Assembly (NCBI GenBank): GCA_020137815.1
Contig: CM035357.1
Location: 5,146,001-5,210,000 of the forward strand
DNA: 64,000 nt
Direction of reading: 5' to 3'
Origin: Hormiphora californensis
Lineage: Eukaryota > Animalia > Ctenophora
The translations under genes were made by a program, and so were the position numbers. The notes under the pieces are model-generated. The model was not told the DNA's origin and searched no databases. It saw only the letters and a list, made by a program, of their open reading frames with translations. The first letter of the stretch is position 1. Each line of letters starts with the position of its first letter. Below are positions 19,201 to 28,278 of this stretch, one piece after another.

Positions 19201-19843
19201 ATATGTTTGTGTGATCTGGTTGTAAAATTGGGAACTAAATATATTGAATTTGGTTGGGATGTATTAAACACTTACCCATGCATTTTTCAAGATGAGGAGC
19301 AAATCTTGTCGCTGCTACAGATCTCGAACACTCGGGACAATCAATGTCTACTGACTTGACCTGAAAATACAGAAGGTTTTAGTTCTACAACTGCAAACAC
19401 ACAGTTCCCTTGCAGGGGAGGGGGTATATAAATATCTTACAGGAGATTAGGTTGAATAGTTTTGACTGCTATAGGTAAAATAATGTACCTCTTTGGGCTG
19501 CCCAAATATGTCCCTTCCCTCTAGTTTCACTATCGGACTCTCATCCTCCGATTCTTCCAACTCATTGAAATACCCCAACACTTTGGCCCTGCAGATAAAC
19601 AGAGAGTTAGCTGGCTCTAGGTTTGGTCCAATTATAATAAACCCTACTAAACAAAGGCTGATCCAAAAAGAAAAAGAAAACAAGGGCTACTGGCTAGCTA
19701 CAAATTGGAGTGTCTGGTTGACAGTAACCCCATATTGTGTGTTAAAAACACACGGTGTACCTGTTAAACTGCAGTAGAAGACCGGTCGTCAGCTCATCAA
19801 TCAAACTATCGATAGTTTTAGTAAGTATTTCATCACTTATCAT
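16232..19843 (-). CDS. ATXN7L3: Ataxin-7-like 3 / SGF11, SAGA deubiquitination module subunit, 7 exons
   Basis: Spliced translation: [54 protein letters not shown] (Sgf11 zinc finger), [26 protein letters not shown] (SCA7 domain). Confidence 0.93.
17549..18685 (+). CDS. Intronless papain-family (C1A, cathepsin L-like) cysteine protease: signal peptide, I29 propeptide, Cys-rich C-terminal tail
   Basis: ERFNIN-like [24 protein letters not shown], catalytic [17 protein letters not shown]. Confidence 0.93.
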   Translation: MMLFLVLCALTAQTAAVDLALDALSSPQKLLSLYRDYATKYHRTPTPERVLIFRENLKKIVEGNKLATTWTLGVNKFADMTREERQSYLGLNMTRRGSPSSVAGIRLEEPVSLVGVPAEKDWRKEGKVTGVKDQAACGSCYTFGAVGVLEINYAIRTGKRKDFAEKEYLDCVYQRDGCDGGWSEHCWDYSAREGRLALTRDQKYSPFDGRCGSKYKRMHNGLIASKITGYTEIYGRGKESAFIKALSQGSVVVAFQVTDYFGFYQKGVIADKTCNDMGDSTANHAVTGVGYTRTSMIIKNSWGSDWGMSGYFETARGTDDCEYFRWGSWPNWQDTGVVDNDPDYQPTDDDDCVDVNPDGCPCGTVRCGDGNCRHVHMC

Positions 19844-21211
19844 GCTAGAAGAGGAAGGATTTAAATTGATGACTTTAGATCTTAAAATTGGGGAAATGGT
19901 CAATAAGCTACATCACAAATCAATTATCAACGATGGAGATAAAATTCAATTCACTGCAAATCGAGAGAGTTAGCCATAAAGAATAAGGTATCGGCTCGAC
20001 AACACTTTCGCAGCTACCTAAAATTCATTTACGAGTGACCCAAACAAGTGAGGCAGGGATAATATATGTGAGTGACCCCAGAGTATGCCATGCACCAAAC
20101 ATAGTCTAATCGAGCAACGTATTATTCAACAATTGTATACATAAATATGTTTTAAAAGCTACAAATTGAATATACACGACACACTCATGCTAATGCGTTT
20201 GAGTAACTATAATAATGCATGGTAGCGGTAATAAAATGTTATCAACTGTCAGACCAATACACAATCATTCCAACAAAGCTATTCTCTAACTCAAAGGTCT
20301 AACAACTCGTCTCTTCTCACCACTTATCCATGCCTTCAAGGAATAGAACACGTTTGACATTTATCGCTTTATCTATCGCTTCCAGTTCTAAACCTATCAT
20401 CTAATATCTATCCCTTTCTCTCTCTCTCTCTCTCCAATATCTCAAATAGAATGGACGGTATAATGGCTAAAGACAAAGTACCCGTGCAAGCACAGAGAGA
20501 GAAACAGGAGAGCAGTGGTAATGGCAATGTATGCAGCAGCAAGCAGCAGAAACAGTATCTCAGACAGCCAGAAGCCCCAAAATCCCCTGACCCGCGCGCA
20601 GAGGATTGAGAGTGAGTATTCGCGCGTTCCGTACATCACTTCATGATGTCAGATTTCCGATCAGTTTCTGTTTACTGGTTCGTATTCAAAATTCAAAGTT
20701 TAGTAGGGACTAAGATAACATGTTTCATTAATCAAATAATATATGAGTAACTACAAATATTCTACCCAGATATTTGAAGAGCGTGCAACAAGAAAAATAC
20801 TGTATCAGTATGAACAGTAAAAACTGCGAAGAACTCTGTCAAGAACCGCAAAATTGGTTTGGCGCCACCCGCCACCGTATGACGTCAGATAAATTAAAAG
20901 GGAAGGCCAACATGCGGAACAAAGTGTAAAAACATAGCTTGCACTAAAATTATTAAAACGGGCGGGGCAAGACTACCCGCACATTAATTAGGGAGAGGGG
21001 TGTCATCAGTGAAAATAGTAGCTGACACGAAGTTTTCATCTCGTTGATGCAGAGTTCAACGCTATCTACGTATTGCTAATTAATATACAATGAGCTTGGG
21101 AGCAGGTAAGACATGGTAAATCTTTAGAGCAGGATATACAATAAAAGACAAAAGTGAAATACTTTTGCCTTGCTGGACCCACCGCCTCAACAAGGCAACA
21201 TGTATGAATTA

Positions 21212-21309
21212 CAGTCGGACCCCCATTTACCGGGATGCCCGGGGGAAAGGGCTTTACCCGGTAAATCAGGATTTCCGGTAAATCGGGGTCGGTAAATCGG
21301 GGTCCGATG
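21212..21309. mobile_element. Tc1/mariner (pogo-like) MITE; relatives at ~8183-8230, ~39830-39911, ~53893-53992
   Basis: TA-CAGTCGGACCCC..TTTACCGG...CGGTAAATCGGGGTCCGA(C)TG-TA. Confidence 0.8.
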
Positions 21310-21440
21310 TAGTAGTACAAGTATAACAGTAGTACATGTACTTCGTATCATGTACTTCGCAGCAAAGAAGGTTCAATAAAAAGGGCGAAAAAGTTAATTA
21401 TGGAGGCTAATTTTTGAAACTGAAAAGGGAAAGAGGGAGT

Positions 21441-21478
<38 letters not shown>

Positions 21479-21534
21479 GAAGGAGAGAGAGAGAGTGAGA
21501 GAGGGATGAGAGGAGAGAGGAGAGAGAGAGAGTT

Positions 21535-21675
<141 letters not shown>

Positions 21676-22404
21676 TGAAATAACAAACACTACAAGGAAC
21701 AATTTTAATTAGCACTTACCTAATGGGGAGATACATGGAGAGGAAAAAGAATGAGAGATGGTGATTGCATTTAGGTCGGTAATATTTTCATTTTTAGGGT
21801 TCAGAGAATGTACACTCACTCTATTCTCATTCATTAGCTGTGAGTTGCAAATCGATGGCTACATCATTGATCTCATCCCAATTTCGTGGGCATGTAGGGC
21901 ATTAGACCCCTATATCCCGCCCTCCCTGTCGACCCGTCGGCAGGGAGGGGGTGACTTCACTAAAATACACTCACTCAATTCTCATTACGTCATCCTTGCA
22001 TTAGATGAGAGTTTTTTCGCAACTTCTCCGTGCCCCTGGTTTCACTGGGGCGGAGTGTTCTTGTGAGACTAAGAATTCTCCCGATGCTGTGAGTTGCAGA
22101 TCGATGAAACACTACAAAGGTAACAAAGGTCATCAGAAATTAGATGCATGTAAGAACATGTTACTTGAGCTGTTGGGCTTGATGAGGCTGTAATAGGGGT
22201 TGTAACATGGTTTAGTTACTAAAGTCCATACTACTACCAACTAAGAACACTACCAATTAGCATCTACATGATCTGAAAGGCCCCATCTGAAATCAGAAAC
22301 GGTTTCACGAAAACAGTCTACCTATTTAACAGAAAGTATAAACATCAACTAACAACGTCCACCATCAATTTACTATAACAATTTTGATAAATCCTTTTTA
22401 ATAA

Positions 22405-23512
22405 ATGCCGCTTGCCTGGAAAACCTTTGTTTTAGCAAAGCCACTCGACCCAGCCGCATCTTCAATAACATTTGCTGACGTTGTCGGACACTATCTCCAC
22501 ATCACTCGGTCTGTTGCAAACCAAAACAAATCTAGTTTTGTTCCACAAGTGGTGGATGATTTGCTGAGATTGTACGACCCAGATGTTTTTTCATGGCCAG
22601 CCAAAGCTCAGGGAGCAAGACGGAGCTTCTTCTTCGGGTATGCTCAATCAAAGATCGATCTGCAAGTCTGCGATTTCAATGAAATCTTTTCATGGCTATT
22701 ATATTATGTAGTCCTTATTGTAGATGTTATTGTTTTGTATAATTAATTCGTTTTCGTTTCAGAAAGATTAAGGATATTCTAGAGAAGACAAAGAAAATAA
22801 CACCATCGACCAAAGTAACTGTAATAGCCAGTTTTAAAGAGAAGCTATGTTCTAATTTTCCCATGCGTCCTGCGACAAAAACATCATTACAAAAGATTTC
22901 CATTGATCAGGTTTGTGTATTAATTAATTATCAATTGTCTCCAGTTTTATACTAGAAATAGAATAACTAGATTTTACCAGATACTTACTTACTTGCTTCT
23001 TATTTCTGGCAATAGTGAAGATCATTTATGAACCTTGTCTAATAACATGTTATCCCAGCAGATTAATATTGATGTCGATACTGATAGTTTACCGTCGGAA
23101 ATCTCTGGTTTTGTTGAACCCATGCGACCGAGAGAAAGGCCTAGCTACATTCCTCAAGAGGTAGTAATCCATAATTCATCTTTTTTGACCATTATTGTTT
23201 CTGCTTAGCTTGTTTAAACTTCTTTGAACTGTAACCCTGTTTCAGGACGATTCTCAATCTCAAGCATCTCTTGTTGACTCGGAATCTCGTGACGCCACCT
23301 TTCAACCCGATTCTCGAGACGCAGATTCCTCGCAGGAATCCTTAGTGGACGGTCTGATAGAAGCAAGGGAAACAATCGTTGTCAGTGATTTCCTAAAACT
23401 CGATTTTGCTGGGCTGGGGAGTGGAGATGTAGAGTGGTGGCCACTCCGAGAGAGCAAGCCATTAAAAACAACTCTTCACGTTGCAAAGAAAAGAAAAAAG
23501 GAGACGCAGTAA
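22405..23512 (+). CDS. Orphan 4-exon gene, ~250 aa, C-terminal basic KKRKK
   Basis: Exons ~22405-22637, 22763-22910, 23062-23160, 23247-23512 join in phase without stops; same structure in the duplicate copy. Confidence 0.72.
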
Positions 23513-23797
23513 GACTGTTCAGTATTAACGCTATATTATGATGTTTTTTAGATAAATGAGAAATGTGTCTGAAAATAAAACCATCTCTGTTTATGTGACT
23601 GGCAGCTATTTAAATCATTATCATTTGTTCCCTTACAAGTTACACACGTACATTCTTTTTCTTTTATTAAGGACACATTTGAAATATGGATTCATTGGAA
23701 TGTTTTTCTTGGTCAGCTTAAACAGCGTCCTCTTGATTAAAGCAAGCTAAAGCGCTTGATTTCAGGGGAAAAACTATAGGACACACGTCATCGTAAT

Positions 23798-26167
23798 GAT
23801 ACATTTGCAGTTTCATATTTGTTTCATTTTGAATGCTCTGTTACACTGACATACACCCGTCTAAGTCTCTCTTTAATCCTAAATCTATCAATTTACAACC
23901 GCATCGCCTAGTCTGGTTCAGTCATTCTGTCAAATAGTGCTCCTTTCCTGTATCTTTCAACACAGTACCTCTAATATCTGATCTCTAACGCACTCAATAC
24001 CTGCTCGTTTTCTTGTACTCAGGTCACGTCCATAATATTGCTCTGTCTCAAAACATACTCCTTGTGCCAATGCTCCTCTATATCCCTAATGATTCCCAAA
24101 ATTTCAAGTTTCTATCTTCAAAACTGTGGTCTCAGTAGCATTAAAACTGTCAAATACATCATTCTGCATTCTGGATACAGAATAACTTTGCGGATGTGTG
24201 ATATAAACGAATTGCCGGGATTCTCCAGACTCTCTCACAATCAGTTCATACATTTGCAGTTTCATATTTGTTTCATTTTGAATGCTCTGTTACACTGACA
24301 TACACCCGTCTAAGTCTCTCTTTAATCCTAAATCTATCAATTTACAACCGCATCGCCTAGTCTGGTTCAGTCATTCTGTCAAATAGTGCTCCTTTCCTGT
24401 ATCTTTCAACACAGTACCTCTAATATCTGATCTCTAACGCACTCAATACCTGCTCGTTTTCTTGTACTCAGGTCACGTCCATAATATTGCTCTGTCTCAA
24501 AACATACTCTTTGTGCCAATGCTCCTCTATATCCCCTAATGATTCCCAAAATTTCAAGTTTCTATCTTCAAAACTGTGGTCTCAGTAGCATTAAAACTGT
24601 CAAATACATCATTCTGCATTCTGGATACAGAATAACTTTGCGGATGTGTGACATAAACGAATTGCCGGGATTCTCCAGACTCTCTCACAATCAGTTCATA
24701 CATTTGCAGTTTCATATTTGTTTCATTTTGAATGCTCTGTTACACTGACATACACCCGTCTAAGTCTCTCTTTAATCCTAAATCTATCAATTTACAACCG
24801 CATCGCCTAGTCTGGTTCAGTCATTCTGTCAAATAGTGCTCCTTTCCTGTATCTTTCAACACAGTACCTCTAATATCTGATCTCTAACGCACTCAATACC
24901 TGCTCGTTTTCTTGTACTCAGGTCACGTCCATAATATTGCTCTGTCTCAAAACATACTCCTTGTGCCAATGCTCCTCTATATCCCCTAATGATTCCCAAA
25001 ATTTCAAGTTTCTATCTTCAAAACTGTGGTCTCAGTAGCATTAAAACTGTCAAATACATCATTCTGCATTCTGGATACAGAATAACTTTGCGGATGTGTG
25101 ACATAAACGAATTGCCGGGATTCTCCAGACTCTCTCACAATCAGTTCATACATTTGCAGTTTCATATTTGTTTCATTTTGAATGCTCTGTTACACTGACA
25201 TACACCCGTCTAAGTCTCTCTTTAATCCTAAATCTATCAATTTACAACCGCATCGCCTAGTCTGGTTCAGTCATTCTGTCAAATAGTGCTCCTTTCCTGT
25301 ATCTTTCAACACAGTACCTCTAATATCTGATCTCTAACGCACTCAATACCTGCTCGTTTTCTTGTACTAGCCACCACCCACCCCTCCACCCCACCCACCT
25401 CCCCCACCCTGGCCCTTGCCAATTTAGAGGACTTTGTGAAACACGCCAGTACAGGGACAATCCTTGTGTTTTGGTGCACTAAGTCGCTTATCGCGTGTAA
25501 CAACTCACAATTGTTCTTATCTGTCCCACCCGTCTTGTCCTATAGAACATCGTACACATTCTAGGGACGCTACAATCTGTCCCACCTCTTATTTGTATTT
25601 GATCATTTTTGTTCATCTTGATCTCTACTGGAAGTGGAAATGGTACACCTCTCATCTGATCACCAACAACATCACGGTACCAATCATACATCAAAAAGCT
25701 GTAAGTTCATTTGTCTGTATTGTCTGTTCATCTATTGTGTACCATTGATAATGATTCCGGAGTAAACCTTACCAATCAATAATTTAATTAGAGCTACTAT
25801 AGACAGACTACCCCAGACCCAAGCTTGAGAAGTGTCCACTCGACGGACCGTCGTCGTAACAAACAAACGAACAGGCCTACCTGCACAGCCACCCAAGCTT
25901 GAAAATGTGCCCCCTAACTTGTCTTTTTGCTTATTCGCAAGATAACTGCAATGTCCTCACGGGGCGGAGATGCGAAGAGTGCAACCGACCTTTAACCGTG
26001 GGGGCTGCGTAAGTGTCTTGCAAGTACAATGACTGACTGACAATATGAAAGCAATGATTTCAACTGACCACAACACGATGACAGACGCTATGACGAGGTT
26101 GCAATGTCGTTCTGCCCTAACGGGCAGAGTTTGGCACGCTATAACCTATCTGTACCACCACCACCAC
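23798..26167 (+). mobile_element. Non-coding retro-insertion A: 5' tandem array, conserved core, (CCA)n tail
   Basis: 14-bp TSD CACGTCATCGTAAT (23784-23797, 26168-26181); empty site at ~56562 in the duplicate. Confidence 0.82.
23800..25367. repeat. Tandem array, ~450-bp unit x3.5
   Basis: CATTTGCAGTTTCATATTTG recurs at 23802, 24251, 24701, 25151; units nearly identical. Confidence 0.95.
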
Positions 26168-26795
26168 CACGTCATCGTAATCATCACTGCGCTGGCAAGC
26201 GCAAAAGTCACCATCCCCCTCCTGGCTCCTTCAGCCGTTTATACCATTGAAAACTCATTAACAATCGAAAAATCGGCAGCAAATGGCATTTTTACGCCTT
26301 TATAGGTTGATACTCCATTCTTAAACCCACACATCAGACAAAACAAGCATCCACGATTAGGCACAAAAAGTTTTTCACTTTTTTTTGGCATACGTTGCAG
26401 GCCCCTTATAATATAATATAAGGGGCCTGGAGGGAATACCGCGCTGGGGGGGAATACATAAACAATCATATCTCCGGTTCCAGATAAGGTACAGAAATCG
26501 TTTTGGTAGCGTTGGAAAGAGGAAGATAACAGCTTTAAAATGCAACCGGTTTCAGGTCTCTATCTTATCAGGAACAGGAGATATGAACCAAACTCCGCAA
26601 AATCGAGTGCGGTAAAATGAAAAAATTCGAGATTTTAATTCAAATTTGAAACAAAGTGTCCCTGCAGGGATCTGTGACGTCACTTTTTGAAAACAACCCA
26701 TCTTTGAACGGTTATTGCTCAGCCTCCTGAAGTCCAATTTACTTCTCTCAAAAACAGCAAGGTAGATAATTGTCAGATCTAACAGCTAGTGAAAG

Positions 26796-26829
26796 CTTTT
26801 CAACACTACTTTAAACAAATTAATTTGAG
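26796..26829 (+). other. Spliced-leader-like sequence at the LINE 5' end
   Basis: CTTTTCAACACTACTTTAAACAAATTAATTTGAG, 45 nt before the ORF1 ATG; its last 25 nt recur exactly at 62865-62889. Matches my recollection of ctenophore SL exons ending AATTTGAG; needs checking. Confidence 0.78.
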
Positions 26830-26874
26830 GCGCGCGCCCGTGCGTTTTCGAATATCCCTCTGTAGGCTCTAGCC

Positions 26875-28278
26875 ATGCCAGATATGACAAATATGGCTAC
26901 ACCTACTGATGACAAAAGTGATGGCAATACCCTTGCCGTTGGAAATCTTGTAAACGCAGCAGATCCTCTCACCAAAAAGGTCCTGTCTGCCTACCGCCAT
27001 GATGTGGATTACACCAAGAATCTGGACATCATCCGCACATTCAATTGTGCCCACCTGGAAGCCGCTGCATCATTTTTCGGTGCATCCCCCGGCTCACATG
27101 CAGACAAAACTAAGCGGTACCAGAACCGCACTACACTAGCTGACTACATCATCATTCAGCTGGAAAGTCATTTTCCCTGTGATTGTGAGGGCTGCGGAGA
27201 AGGATATGCAGTTAAACTAGGTGAATCTCCTCGTGTCCGCTGTTTTCTTTGTCAGCAGGGGTCTCATGATTGCGAGGCTATGGATGGCACCCTTGGGTCC
27301 TTGACGGGGTCGGTCTGGTTATGTCTGCCGTGCAAGGACAAAAACAACAAAATTGAAACCTTCATGTGCAACCGAAGTGCTGAAGATCCAGAATCAGTGC
27401 TATCTGATGAGGAATACGAGTTCAAAATCAGTCCGAAGGCAGGCCGTAGTGGTAAGAAGAAGAGGAAGAAGAAACAAGCTCCTGTCAAGAAAGATCCTGA
27501 TGATCTGGTAACTCCTGTTGGTGGAGTGACAGTTCTAAAAGATGTGGATCTTGGAGACGTATCTTCTGATGGAGAGGTGCAACAGCAAGGTGTTCCCAAA
27601 TTCAGCAATGTTTGTGAACGTTATCTACTGAGAGACTGTCCTCATGGCCCAAATGGTGACAAGTTGATTAGTGGTAAGCCTTGCAGCAAGGAACATCCCC
27701 AGAAATGCCTCCGTTATTGTCAGTACGGAACGGCAACTCGTTCTGGGTGTAACTTTGGTGATAAGTGTCAGAATTTTCACCCACCTCTCTGCCATAATTC
27801 TGAGATCTCCCGAGTCTGTACCGACAAAGAATGTAAAGACACACATTTAAAGAACACTCGGAGAAGTGAAGTAGCCCCTGCTAAGGGTAATTCATTGAAG
27901 AGTACTGGTAACAAAACCAGTGATCTCTCTCAGAAAGTGGAGCAGAAAGAGCCCCGTCGTTCAGCTCCTCCAAACCCAAAGAAGAAGAAGAAGAAGATTA
28001 ACAAAACTGAGACCGATCCCCGTGCCGCGACCAATGACATCCGTTCACAAGAGGATTTTCTCATGGCATTGATGGCCTCAGTGAGGGACGAGATTCTTCG
28101 AGAAGTAAAGACGTCACTGAACTCATCTCTACAGTCCTTCAGGGAAGAGATGACGAGGGAACACACACCCCGGCCCAAACATCTGACACTCACACAACCA
28201 GGCCTGAACACCCCGACCAACTACCAAGGGGTTCTGGAACGGTTTCGGAATTACTCCTCATCAACGCCCGCAGTTTAA
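26875..28278 (+). CDS. LINE ORF1 with PHD-like finger and CCCH-type zinc fingers
   Basis: CEGC..CFLCQQGSHDC..WLCLPC (PHD-like); C-x7-C-xn-C-x3-H repeats; basic tracts. Confidence 0.85.
   Translation: MPDMTNMATPTDDKSDGNTLAVGNLVNAADPLTKKVLSAYRHDVDYTKNLDIIRTFNCAHLEAAASFFGASPGSHADKTKRYQNRTTLADYIIIQLESHFPCDCEGCGEGYAVKLGESPRVRCFLCQQGSHDCEAMDGTLGSLTGSVWLCLPCKDKNNKIETFMCNRSAEDPESVLSDEEYEFKISPKAGRSGKKKRKKKQAPVKKDPDDLVTPVGGVTVLKDVDLGDVSSDGEVQQQGVPKFSNVCERYLLRDCPHGPNGDKLISGKPCSKEHPQKCLRYCQYGTATRSGCNFGDKCQNFHPPLCHNSEISRVCTDKECKDTHLKNTRRSEVAPAKGNSLKSTGNKTSDLSQKVEQKEPRRSAPPNPKKKKKKINKTETDPRAATNDIRSQEDFLMALMASVRDEILREVKTSLNSSLQSFREEMTREHTPRPKHLTLTQPGLNTPTNYQGVLERFRNYSSSTPAV

Noticed and set aside
24038-25198. 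Three copies of ORF MIPKISSFYLQ...
   Set aside because: By-product of the 450-bp tandem unit; no coding features.
26170-26340. Possible coding exon conserved with ~56565-56720
   Set aside because: No single frame is convincingly favoured by the substitutions, and stops interrupt the candidates.
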